From the NCBI GenBank assembly GCA_030446555.1, contig JAUJNA010000001.1:238634-302633 (forward strand): a stretch of 64,000 bases of DNA. The letters run 5' to 3'. This DNA is from Chloroflexota bacterium (GTDB taxonomy: Bacteria > Chloroflexota > Limnocylindria > Limnocylindrales > CSP1-4). Positions 44,260 to 52,927 of the stretch are shown in pieces. Position 1 is the stretch's first letter; the number at the start of each line of letters is the position of its first letter. Made by a program: the position numbers and the translations under genes. Under the pieces are notes generated by a model. The model searched no databases and was not told the DNA's origin. It saw only the letters and a program-made list of their open reading frames with translations.

Positions 44260-46536
44260 TCAGGGCGCCGGCCGCGGTGAGCGTCGGGGACGGCGGGTGC
44301 GTTCCGGACTCGCCGCGGGCTCATCGTCCGGCGGTGGCGAGACGCCTGGGCCACCGGGAGAGGGCGAGGCCGCCGGTCGGTCGGGGGCGTCCACCAGCTC
44401 CGCGCGGATGAGCGCATCGACGGTGAGCCAGTAGACCGTCGGTGGGGCGACCACCGGCTCCGTATCCTCCGGCACGGGCGGGGTCTCCGGTTGCACGACA
44501 TAGATCCCGCGCAGGTCGCTGAGTGGCGGCGAGCCCTTGGCCGGGATCCACTGCTCCACGTACGCGCCGGTCTCCTTCTCGAAGACGACCAGCCGGCCGT
44601 GCTCCGCGTCCCAGACGTAGAGGCGACCCTCTCGACGCAGCCCGACCCCGTCGAAGTAGCGGTAGTCCTTACCCGGCCGCAGATCGGTCCCGTCGGGAGG
44701 TGGCGCGAGCTCGAAGTCACGTCGCTGCCCGCTCTCGTGCCGCACGGCTGACTCCGCGGTGAGCGCGTAGATGTCGCCGTCGATGTACATCTGGCGGAAG
44801 GACGAGACGTCCTCGGTGTCCGCGGCAAGGTAATCGGTGGGTGCCGAGAAGCCGCTGCCATCGCCGGTGGGTTGATACCGGAGGATCTGATCCGAGCTGG
44901 GATCGGCGACGTAGAGGTTGTAGGCCTCCGCCTCGCCGGCCAGCAGGAAGGTGCCGATGTCCACGACATCGTCACCCCACTCGACGTCGCCAGCCACGAT
45001 GAGCGGGCCCAGCGTTCCGTTCCCCACCTCGTCCGAGGGTCGCCAGCGCCAGAGCCCGCCCCTGATGTCCGCGATGAGGAGGTCGGGCCCGCCTGTGGCG
45101 AGCATCATGGGCGTGCCGATGCCCTCGCCGCTCCCGTCCCCCGCGGTGACGATGACCGCTGCCGCTCCGGAGACCGGGTCCACGCGCGACACGGTGCGGG
45201 TCTCTCGGTCAAGGACGTACGCCGCCCCGTCGGGGCCGGCGACCAGGTCACGTGGGTCGTGGGGACCAGCGCCCTCGATCCGCGCGAGCACCGTACCGGC
45301 CATCCGATGCGTCCCGTACAGCCGATCGAGGCCGCCCGCGATGCGGTCCCGAAGCGGGGCCACACGGCTGGCGGGCACCCCGGTCTCCCCGGCACTGTCC
45401 ACCTCTTCCCACGCCTGTCGGAGCAGGACGAGGGCGCGCTCCGGGTCATCGGTGATGAGATCATCGTCGAGGGCCTGCTGGACAAGCCCCTGTGCCGAGG
45501 TGAAGGCGGCCTCTCCCGCGTTCACCCGGCGCACCGGCGTCTCGCTCCCTCGCGGGAGGAAGGCCACGACGAGGCCCAGCACGAGGAGCACTCCCAGGAA
45601 CGCCAGGAAGGCGACGGCCGCCCGACGCTGGGATTCCCGTTGCGAGACGTGCGGCGTGATACGCCGGTACTGGCGGCGACGGCCGGGGATGAGATCGGCG
45701 ACGCGCTCGCTGAGGCTCGCGACCGCGTTGCCGACCGTCTCGCGCGCGCCCATGGCTCGCCCGGCCATCGTCGACGCGACGGCCCCTCCGGTGAGGGCGG
45801 TCATCCCCCGGGCGTCCGACTCCTGCGCCGCGGCGACGGGCACCAGTCGGTTCTCGGCTCGAGGCGCGCTCGCCTCGCTCGACTCGATGGCCAGGACCGC
45901 GTCCGAGCCCTCCCCGCCCGAGGCCACGAACAGGTGGTGCAGGTGCTCCACGGCCGACTGGGGGTGGAGCGTCACGACGGCGTTCTTGAGCTCCTCCGTG
46001 CCCACGACCTCGGTCAGATCACGCGACACCAGGAGGAGTGAGTCACCGACCGCGAAGTCACCGCGCCAGACGTCCACCCGGAGCCCATCGCCGGCGGGCA
46101 GCCCCGCGCCCGGCTGGTGCTCGGGCATCAACAGGCGCGCGGCTCGGACGAGGTAGGCGTCAACGGGTCCTGCCGTGGCCACGTACAGCTCACCGCCGCG
46201 GATGACCGCGAGTGCGACGCCGATGGAGCCCGGTGCGGCACCGTGTCCCTCCCGGCCGCGCAGCCGGCGGTCGGCGCTGCGGAACGCTTTCTGGAGACAG
46301 ATGGGGATGCCCGCCGACTCGTCGTAGTAGTACTCGCGGCGGATCGTGTCGGCGACCATCGCGGTGGCGTCGCGTGAGCGTCCACCCATGATGGACGAGG
46401 CGACGATGAGGTACAGGTTGCCCTTGGTCCTGGACTTCGAGCCGGTCGCGGGCTCGGTGACCGAGAGCGCGTCCGCGGACGACGAGAGCCGGTCCTGCTC
46501 CGCGACAAAGCCGTACTTCAGGTGCAGGCGGGACAT
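44260..46536 (-). CDS. PstP-like membrane-anchored PP2C Ser/Thr phosphatase with extracytoplasmic beta-propeller-like C-terminal domain
   Basis: N-terminal PPM domain (…GNLYLIVASSIMGGRSRDATAMVADTIRREY…GIPICLQ…LYVATAGPVDAYLVR…GDSLLLVSRDLTEVV…), one TM helix (AAVAFLAFLGVLLVLGLVVAFL) and a roughly 420-aa repeat-containing C-terminal domain. Confidence 0.8.
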   Translation of the reverse strand: MSRLHLKYGFVAEQDRLSSSADALSVTEPATGSKSRTKGNLYLIVASSIMGGRSRDATAMVADTIRREYYYDESAGIPICLQKAFRSADRRLRGREGHGAAPGSIGVALAVIRGGELYVATAGPVDAYLVRAARLLMPEHQPGAGLPAGDGLRVDVWRGDFAVGDSLLLVSRDLTEVVGTEELKNAVVTLHPQSAVEHLHHLFVASGGEGSDAVLAIESSEASAPRAENRLVPVAAAQESDARGMTALTGGAVASTMAGRAMGARETVGNAVASLSERVADLIPGRRRQYRRITPHVSQRESQRRAAVAFLAFLGVLLVLGLVVAFLPRGSETPVRRVNAGEAAFTSAQGLVQQALDDDLITDDPERALVLLRQAWEEVDSAGETGVPASRVAPLRDRIAGGLDRLYGTHRMAGTVLARIEGAGPHDPRDLVAGPDGAAYVLDRETRTVSRVDPVSGAAAVIVTAGDGSGEGIGTPMMLATGGPDLLIADIRGGLWRWRPSDEVGNGTLGPLIVAGDVEWGDDVVDIGTFLLAGEAEAYNLYVADPSSDQILRYQPTGDGSGFSAPTDYLAADTEDVSSFRQMYIDGDIYALTAESAVRHESGQRRDFELAPPPDGTDLRPGKDYRYFDGVGLRREGRLYVWDAEHGRLVVFEKETGAYVEQWIPAKGSPPLSDLRGIYVVQPETPPVPEDTEPVVAPPTVYWLTVDALIRAELVDAPDRPAASPSPGGPGVSPPPDDEPAASPERTRRPRRSPRPAP

Positions 46537-46548
46537 CGGCCGGTCAGT

Positions 46549-46917
46549 CTACACGGCGCCGCGGCGCCGGCCGTCGCGGGCCGTCGGTGCTGGCTCGCTG
46601 CTTCGTGCAAGCGGCCGGACCACGACGCGCAGCTCGAGCAGGCGGCTGCCGCCCGGGGCGCGTGCGAAGGCCGGCAGTAGCTCGCTCGCGCGCAGGCGCA
46701 GCTCCTGGGCCACGAAGGGACCGGTGGCGCTCACCAGCAGCGCAGGAGGCTCGACCGCGAGGAGCGTGGATGCGCCCGCCGCGGCTGGCACGTGCTCCGC
46801 GACGATGCGCTGCCAGCTCGCGATGGCGCGCGAGTGCTGCAGCTGGTCCTCCAGACCCAGCTGGCCCGCCACCTCCGGCAGCAGGTCCGCCAAGCGGCGC
46901 ATCGGGCGCCGTTTCAC
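46549..46917 (-). CDS. DUF721 domain protein (recF-associated)
   Basis: 122 aa. …LGLEDQLQHSRAIASWQRIVAEHVPAAAGASTLLAVEPPALLVSATGPFVAQELRLRASELL… is DUF721-like. Its 4-nt overlap with recF is the conserved synteny of the origin region. Confidence 0.7.
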   Translation of the reverse strand: MKRRPMRRLADLLPEVAGQLGLEDQLQHSRAIASWQRIVAEHVPAAAGASTLLAVEPPALLVSATGPFVAQELRLRASELLPAFARAPGGSRLLELRVVVRPLARSSEPAPTARDGRRRGAV

Positions 46918-48116
46918 GGGCGAGCCCCCGCCATTCGCGCAAGCTCATCGACGCCCCATCGCGTGAGCCGCCCCGGTCGCACCTGCCAGGCGGTCGAGGC
47001 GCCGACCAACCGGGCGTCCAGGTCGTCCAGCGTGGTCGTCGTCACGAACGCCTGGGGCAGCTCGCCGATGCGCCGTACGAGGTGGGCACGCCGGTCGGGG
47101 TCCAGCTCGCTGAAGACATCGTCGAGGAGCAGGAGTGGTGGTCGTCCGTCGCGCAGGGCGAGCAACTCCAGGTGGGCCAGCTTCAGCGCCAGGATGGCGG
47201 TCCGCTGCTGGCCGCGCGAGGCAGAGCCGGCGAGGTCCCGCCCCTCGATCTCGAAGGACAGGTCGTCGCGGTGCGGGCCTACGAGTGTCGAGCCGTTCCA
47301 GAGCTCCTTCTCGGCCGTCTCGGTCAGGCGCCGACGCAGCACCTCGCCCGCGCTCTCGCCCGGCAGGGGCTGCGCGTTGGTGAGGTAGCGGAGGGTCAGC
47401 CGTCCCTCCTCCGGGGCGATCTCCGCATGTGCTTTGGCAAGCGGCTCCTCGAGCGCCGCCAGCGCATCGTGGCGCCATGCCACGATGCGCCCGCCCTCGC
47501 GCACGACGACCATGTCCCAGTACGCGAGCTCGTCCGCGGCGGCTTCCCCCTCGCGGATGCGCCGGAGCAACGTGTTCCGTTGCTGGAGCGCCCGCCCGTA
47601 CGTGGCCAGGACAGCCGCTCCCTCCGTTTCCCGCTGCGCCACGAGCCCGTCTAGCGTCGTCCGTCGGAGAGAGGGCGACCCCACGACGAGGAGCATGTCC
47701 TCCGGTGCGAAGAGGACGGCCCTGAAGGCGGCTCCCAGCGCCGCCGCGCGGCGGGGCACGCCGTTGATACGCACCCGCTTGCGAGATCCTGCCACACCCG
47801 GCCGAGCGAGGACCAGCTCGAGACGCTGACCATCGCCGTTCGTTCCATCACCTGAGCCGGCACCTGAGCCGGCATCCTGGGGCGTGCCGGCGGAGACGAT
47901 CGCCTCCACTCGAGCGAAGGCCTGATCCCACGCGATCAGCTCCAGGTCCGTGGTGGTGCGGTGCGACCGCCCGAGGGCAAGTACTGCGAGTGCCTCGAGC
48001 AGGTTCGTCTTGCCCGCAGCGTTCGGCCCGACGATGACCTGCGGCCCGGACGGGAACGCGACCTCCAGCTCCGAGTAGCTTCGAAAGCCCGAGAGCACCA
48101 GGCGCTCGACACGCAC
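46914..48116 (-). CDS. recF: DNA replication and repair protein RecF
   Basis: MRVERLVLSGFRSYSELEVAFPSGPQVIVGPNAAGKTNLLEALAVLALGRSHR… with Walker A, plus the signature/Walker B region (…LLLLDDVFSELDPDRRAHL…). Confidence 0.9.
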   Translation of the reverse strand: MRVERLVLSGFRSYSELEVAFPSGPQVIVGPNAAGKTNLLEALAVLALGRSHRTTTDLELIAWDQAFARVEAIVSAGTPQDAGSGAGSGDGTNGDGQRLELVLARPGVAGSRKRVRINGVPRRAAALGAAFRAVLFAPEDMLLVVGSPSLRRTTLDGLVAQRETEGAAVLATYGRALQQRNTLLRRIREGEAAADELAYWDMVVVREGGRIVAWRHDALAALEEPLAKAHAEIAPEEGRLTLRYLTNAQPLPGESAGEVLRRRLTETAEKELWNGSTLVGPHRDDLSFEIEGRDLAGSASRGQQRTAILALKLAHLELLALRDGRPPLLLLDDVFSELDPDRRAHLVRRIGELPQAFVTTTTLDDLDARLVGASTAWQVRPGRLTRWGVDELARMAGARP

Positions 48117-48141
48117 GACAGCGACGCCGCCCGGACTCGTG

Positions 48142-49257
48142 CTAGGAGGGGGTGCGGACGGGCATGATCACATGGACGTAGTCGGCGTCGTCGATGGGCT
48201 TGAGGACGCCCGGTGACAGGGGGCCAGCGAACTCGAGCGCGAGCTGGTCACCATCCAGGTTCTGGAGTGCCTCGCTCAGGTATCGCGCGTTGAAGGCGAT
48301 GGTCACCGGGTCGCCCTCCAGGGCCGCCTCCACCTCGCCCTCGGCGTCGCCGACGTCGGCCGCCGCGGCGATGGTGATCCCGCTCGCGCCGTCCTCGCCC
48401 ATTCGCAGGCGCACCACGTTCGCGGCCGAGCTCGCGATCAGGGCCGACAGCCGGACCGCCTTGAGCAGCTCGTCGCGCTCGACCACCGCCCGGCTGGTGT
48501 GTGACGTCGGCAGGACCTGCTGGTAGTTGGGGAACTGCCCGTCGATGAGCCGGCTGACGAGTTCCGTGCCCTCGACGTGGAAGAGCACCTGACTCTTGGA
48601 GGTGGCGAGCATGATCTCCACGGGGTCATCAGTATCGGAGAGGACGCGCATCAGCTCCTGGTACGAGCGGGCGGGGACGACGAGTGTCGTGTCCTCCACA
48701 GGGTCGAGGATGGGCAGCGTCTTGACGGCGATGCGGTAGTTGTCGGCGGCAGCCAGCGTCAGCCGATCGCCCACGAGCTTGGTCAGGACACCCGTCAAGA
48801 TAGGACGTGCCTCGTCGATAGCGGCTGCGAAGGCGACCCCCGAGAGCGCGCGACGCAACAGGCGTTGGGAGATCCGGGTGGTCGGTCGATCGCCCGCGGC
48901 GGGGATGACCGGGAACTCCTCCGAGTCGATGCCGCGCAGATGTGTCTGGTAGCGGCCGGCCTTGATCCGCAGCGTGGTGCCATCAGCGTCCAGGTCTACC
49001 CGCTCGCCCGACGGCAACCCATTGACCACGTCGGTGATGAGGCGGGCCGGCACCGTCAGGGCACCGTCGGTGTCGATCCGGCCCGGCACCCAGGAGGTGA
49101 TCCCGATCTCCAGGTTGGTGGCCGTCAGCTTGAGACCGGCGTCCTCGGTGCGAAGCAGTACGTTGGCCAGCACGGGAAGCGTGCTGCGCGAGCTGACCGC
49201 CCGACTCACGACGGACAGGCCACGCGCTAGGTTCTCCTGCATGACCGAAAGCTTCAC
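48142..49257 (-). CDS. dnaN: DNA polymerase III subunit beta (sliding clamp)
   Basis: 371 aa. VKLSVMQENLARGLSVVSRAVSSRSTLPVLANVLLRTEDAGLKLTATNLEIGI… shows three-domain beta-clamp homology. GTG start (complement of 49255-49257). Confidence 0.92.
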   Translation of the reverse strand: MKLSVMQENLARGLSVVSRAVSSRSTLPVLANVLLRTEDAGLKLTATNLEIGITSWVPGRIDTDGALTVPARLITDVVNGLPSGERVDLDADGTTLRIKAGRYQTHLRGIDSEEFPVIPAAGDRPTTRISQRLLRRALSGVAFAAAIDEARPILTGVLTKLVGDRLTLAAADNYRIAVKTLPILDPVEDTTLVVPARSYQELMRVLSDTDDPVEIMLATSKSQVLFHVEGTELVSRLIDGQFPNYQQVLPTSHTSRAVVERDELLKAVRLSALIASSAANVVRLRMGEDGASGITIAAAADVGDAEGEVEAALEGDPVTIAFNARYLSEALQNLDGDQLALEFAGPLSPGVLKPIDDADYVHVIMPVRTPS

Positions 49258-49971
49258 GTGCCTCTCCGCTCCCTCGGCTCGGATGGGCGCGGCGGGACCG
49301 GTCCACAGGCTGAGGACCGAACGCCTCCCTATCGATCCCTATCTTCGCATCCCGTCATCATCATCATGCTGTGGATGATGGGGACCGCCGGCGGGTGGTC
49401 ACGCTCCGCGGTGCTCCCGTCGAGCCCTCGACCGAGGTGGATGGGACCGCTGCCGGCGGGGACGGTCGGTGGAGCGTTGGGACGTGGTGGTGGACCCGAA
49501 GGGATATGGATCCGGGAACGTCCCCACCCTGTCGACCGTTCGGCGCTGGCTCGCGCTCGGCGTAACGCTTCCTGTCCACTGTCCGTGCACAGCCGTGGAG
49601 CAGGCTGCGAGCAGGCGCTGAGGTGAGTGGGCTCGCCACCGAGGCCTGGTTACGGGCGCCACCGAGAGCCTCGCGTCGGTCTGCCGGGGCACTGTGCATG
49701 GCACCGCTCTGCCGGCGGCGCCGTACCTTTGCCGGCGCAGTGTGCATGGGATGACCATTGGCGACCGCCTCCGTCCCCGATCGCCCTGGATCGGTGCATC
49801 GGGAGCACAGGAGGGCCCCGATCGGTCGCCGATCGTCCATGGCGTGCACCCATCGGACCGATCCAGGGCGTCACTGGTCGCGAATGGTCACCTGGTGCAC
49901 ATCGCCCGGTCCGGGTCGCGGGGATGGCGGCGATGAGAGTGGCGGTTCCGGGCTGAAGGCCCTTCTTGCTG
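49258..49971. other. candidate chromosomal origin of replication (oriC) in the dnaA-dnaN intergenic spacer
   Basis: A 714-bp non-coding spacer with only spurious R/P/G-rich ORFs. DnaA-box-like 9-mers: cgGTCCACA (49299-49307), TGTGGATGA (49370-49378, 8/9 to TGTGGATAA), CTGTCCACT (49572-49580), TGGTGGACC (about 49476-49486). A locally AT-rich stretch (49331-49380) with a CATCATCATCAT/GATGATG inverted repeat. A direct repeat [C/G]TGTGCATGG occurs twice (about 49691-49703 and 49738-49750). An 11-bp perfect inverted repeat CCCTGGATCGG (49784-49794) / CCGATCCAGGG (49858-49868) flanks nested CGATCGG palindromes. Confidence 0.55.
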
Positions 49972-51333
49972 CTATGGCTCCGAGTAGATGAGCTCCCGGA
50001 CCGCCGCCAGCTCGCGGCGCAGCTCCTCGTTCTCCTGGCTCTCGCGGTCGATCTTGTCGCAGGCGTGGAGGACGGTGGAGTGGTCCCGGCCGCCCAACTC
50101 GGCACCGATGCGGAGCAGGGAGACGTCCGTCTCGGCGCGCATCAGGAACATGGCGATCTGCCGTGGCATGACGATCGCCCGGTCGCGCTTCTGGCCTTTC
50201 AGCTGCTCGAGGTCGACGGCGTAGTACTCCGAGACGGCCTGCGCGATGCGCTCGGGCGTCACGACCCGCCGCTTGGGCTGGTAGAGCACGTTCGAGAGGA
50301 CGGCCTGCGCGAGGTCGGCCGTCACGGGCATCCCGTTCATGCTGGCGTATGCCACGATCCGGTTGAGCGCGCCCTCCAGCTCCCGGATGTTGCTGACCAC
50401 CTTGCGGGCGGTGAACTCCAGCGCTTCCGACGAGATGGGCAGTGTCTGCTCCTCGGCCCTGGCGCGGAGGATGGCGATACGGGTCTCGAGGTCGGGCGCG
50501 GTCAGGTCCGCGATGAGGCCCCATTCGAACCGGCTGCGCAGCCGCTCCTCCAGCGTCGTGATCTGCTTCGGGGGCCGGTCCGACGAAAGGACGATCTGCT
50601 TGCCATCGTCATGGATGGCGTTGAAGGTGTGGAAGAACTCCTCTTGCGTCCGCTCCTTGTCGGCGATGAACTGGATGTCGTCGATGAGGAGCAGATCGAT
50701 GCGGCGGTACCGGCTCCGGAAGTCGTCGATGCGGCCCTGCTGGATGCTGGTGATGAACTCGTTGGTGAACCTCTCGCTCGTCGCGTACACCACTCGCTTG
50801 CGGGGGAAGCGGGCGATCACGGCGTTACCGATGGCATGCATCAGGTGCGTCTTGCCGAGCCCCACGCCGCCGTACAGGAACAGCGGGTTGTAGGCGTGAC
50901 CGGGGCGCTCCGCCACCGAGAGGCTGGCGGCATGAGCGAGCCGGTTGGCGGAGCCGACGATGAAGTTGCGGAAGGTGTAGCGAGCGTTGAGCCCGACGGC
51001 CCCCTCACCGCCGGCACGACCCGGTTCCAGCCGCACTCCTGACCGGGTCGAGGCAGGCGCCTCTTCCGCCGCCGCCGGCTCCATGACGCCCTCCCGGACC
51101 TCGAAGTCGACGTTGACGCTGTAACCTACGATCCGCGCCAACGTCTGGCAGATGAGGGAGCGGTAGCGGGACTCGAGCCAGTCCTTCGCGAAGCCGTTGG
51201 GGACCGCCACCTTGAATCGGCTTTCGTCCACCGAGACCAGGGCGGTCTCCTTCAGCCAGGTCTCGAAGTTCGCCGGCGACAGTGAGATCTGCAACTCACC
51301 GAGGGCGGCGCGCCAGACCTGTTTCGCGTCCAT
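49972..51333 (-). CDS. dnaA: chromosomal replication initiator protein DnaA
   Basis: Start taken at ATG (complement of 51331-51333): MDAKQVWRAALGELQISLSPANFETWLKE… Then the AAA+ domain (…LFLYGGVGLGKTHLMHAIGN…LLLIDDIQF…) and the C-terminal DNA-binding domain (…VMPRQIAMFLMRAETDVSLLRIGAELGGRDHSTVLHACDKI…). The ORF extends to 51537 but that upstream part is Arg/Pro-rich. Confidence 0.92.
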   Translation of the reverse strand: MDAKQVWRAALGELQISLSPANFETWLKETALVSVDESRFKVAVPNGFAKDWLESRYRSLICQTLARIVGYSVNVDFEVREGVMEPAAAEEAPASTRSGVRLEPGRAGGEGAVGLNARYTFRNFIVGSANRLAHAASLSVAERPGHAYNPLFLYGGVGLGKTHLMHAIGNAVIARFPRKRVVYATSERFTNEFITSIQQGRIDDFRSRYRRIDLLLIDDIQFIADKERTQEEFFHTFNAIHDDGKQIVLSSDRPPKQITTLEERLRSRFEWGLIADLTAPDLETRIAILRARAEEQTLPISSEALEFTARKVVSNIRELEGALNRIVAYASMNGMPVTADLAQAVLSNVLYQPKRRVVTPERIAQAVSEYYAVDLEQLKGQKRDRAIVMPRQIAMFLMRAETDVSLLRIGAELGGRDHSTVLHACDKIDRESQENEELRRELAAVRELIYSEP

Positions 51334-51636
51334 CGATGGCACTGCACCAGCTACGAGATCGACCGATGACCGAGCCTCGCGATGCCCGGGGACGGCTCCA
51401 CGGCTCGCACGACGACGCCGGGAGACAGGCCCGCTGGCCGGGCGGGAAACCAGATGGTGGGCACCGGAAGGGGCGTCCCCAGGGCCCACTGGGGTCCCGG
51501 AGCGGCATACGTTAGCGCGGTCGGACCGACCCCGCAACGGGATTCGGGGATACTCCCCTGGGGTATGGGCCGCCCGATCGTCAGCGCCCCTCTGGCGGTG
51601 GTGGGGCCTTACCTCGCCGGACGGCAGGGCCCTTTG

Positions 51637-52002
51637 TCAGCCGATGCGATCGCCGGGAGAGGCTCCTTCGTCGACCGAGAGCAGCGGGATCCGCCCATCG
51701 CTGGGCAGCGCGCCAAGGACCAGGACCTCGCTGGTGAAACCAGCGATGCGGCGCGCCGGAAGGTTGGTCACGGCGATCACCAGTCGGCCGACGAGCGACG
51801 CAGGTTCGGGGTATGTCCCTGGAAGCTGCGCCGAGGACCGCCGCGGCCCCAATGGTCCGAAGTCGATGGTCATCTGGTACGCCGGCCGGCGGGCCTCCGG
51901 GAATGGTCGAACGTCGATCACACGGCCGACGCGCATGTCGATCATCCGGAAGTGGTCGATGGTCGCGCTGCCAGGCGGCAGCGCCGGTGCTTCCGGGGAC
52001 AT
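51637..52002 (-). CDS. tRNA-binding domain protein (CsaA/EMAP-II-like OB fold)
   Basis: [98 protein letters not shown]… is the Myf/CsaA-like tRNA-binding fold. Lies between dnaA and rpmH on the dnaA strand. Confidence 0.7.
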   Translation of the reverse strand: MSPEAPALPPGSATIDHFRMIDMRVGRVIDVRPFPEARRPAYQMTIDFGPLGPRRSSAQLPGTYPEPASLVGRLVIAVTNLPARRIAGFTSEVLVLGALPSDGRIPLLSVDEGASPGDRIG

Positions 52003-52202
52003 CGTCTCCTTTCTCTTGCGATCCGCTGCTTTGGGTGGCCGCTGCCGGCCGTGTACCGGGTGGCTCTCCGGCAGCCTTGGGCTATACTGCCGCCCGTCGT
52101 GGCGCGTTCCACGGCGGCGGAAGCATGTCCGCGCCACCGTGCCAGTCATGGCGTCACCCCGAGCAGCGGGCACTGGCCGCCCCAGGTCCCCGAGGCCCAA
52201 CG

Positions 52203-52340
52203 ATGACCAAGCAGACGTACCAGCCCAAGAAGCGGCATCGCGCCAAGGAGCACGGGTTCAGGGCGCGGATGAAGTCACAGGGCGGCCGCCGCGTCCTGGC
52301 TGCTCGGCGCGCCAGGGGCCGCAAGAAGCTGACCGCCTGA
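52203..52340 (+). CDS. rpmH: 50S ribosomal protein L34
   Basis: [45 protein letters not shown], the 45-aa L34 signature. Confidence 0.95.
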   Translation: MTKQTYQPKKRHRAKEHGFRARMKSQGGRRVLAARRARGRKKLTA

Positions 52341-52361
52341 GCGGTCGCCGTCGGGCGGCCG

Positions 52362-52724
52362 ATGGGAGAACCGCTGGAGATGCTGCGCTCCAGGAAGGAC
52401 TTCGAGGCGCTCCAGGCGAGCGGGCGGAGCCGGGCACACCCGCTTCTCATCCTGCGCTGGCGGCGGAACGAAGTGGGCCGGACGCGCTTCGGGCTCTCGA
52501 CCGGTCGAAGGATCGGCGGGGCCGTGGTCCGGAATCTCGTCCGCCGACGGCTCCGGGAAGCGTTGCGGGCCAGTGCGCGACGGCCGCACGGCGGGTGGGA
52601 CGTCCTGGTCGTCGCCCGGCCGCCGAGTGGGACGGCGAGCTACGCCGAGCTCGCACGAGCACTGGACCGGCTCCTGCGACGGATGGACAGTGAGGACAGC
52701 GAGATGGGAAGCGAGACGACGTGA
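52362..52724 (+). CDS. rnpA: ribonuclease P protein component
   Basis: …[59 protein letters not shown]… is the RnpA signature, 22 nt after rpmH. Confidence 0.88.
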   Translation: MGEPLEMLRSRKDFEALQASGRSRAHPLLILRWRRNEVGRTRFGLSTGRRIGGAVVRNLVRRRLREALRASARRPHGGWDVLVVARPPSGTASYAELARALDRLLRRMDSEDSEMGSETT

Positions 52725-52927
52725 GGCAGGTGGGCATCGCCCTGATCAGGCTCTACCGGGTCCTCTTCGCGTGGCTGCCGGCCAGCTGTCGCTTCGAGCC
52801 GTCGTGCTCGCACTATGCGGAGCAGGCCATGGCGCGCTACGGCTTCCTGCGCGGCGCCTGGATGGGCGTGGGGCGCATCTGTCGCTGCCACCCATGGAAC
52901 CCAGGAGGCTATGACCCTGTCCGCTGA
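52721..52927 (+). CDS. yidD: membrane protein insertion efficiency factor YidD
   Basis: …[51 protein letters not shown]… GTG overlaps the rnpA stop. Confidence 0.88.
   Translation: MRQVGIALIRLYRVLFAWLPASCRFEPSCSHYAEQAMARYGFLRGAWMGVGRICRCHPWNPGGYDPVR

Noticed and set aside
44872-46156. Two overlapping plus-strand ORFs (389 and 401 aa)
   Set aside because: Antisense to the PP2C phosphatase gene. Low-complexity.
49258-49971. Repeats in the dnaA-dnaN spacer as a CRISPR array or mobile-element remnant
   Set aside because: The repeats are 9-13 bp, few in number (2-4 copies) and unevenly spaced. They are palindromic or DnaA-box-like rather than 28-37-bp direct repeats with unique spacers. No cas or transposase genes are nearby.
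51334-51636. oriC on the rpmH side of dnaA
   Set aside because: This 303-bp leader and the 52003-52202 spacer show no TTATCCACA-like 9-mers or AT-rich stretch. The dnaA-dnaN spacer is the much better candidate.
52040-52090. TTGGGC…TATACT as an rpmH promoter
   Set aside because: The hexamers are not separated by a 16-18-nt spacer. The TATACT -10-like element alone is too weak to call.
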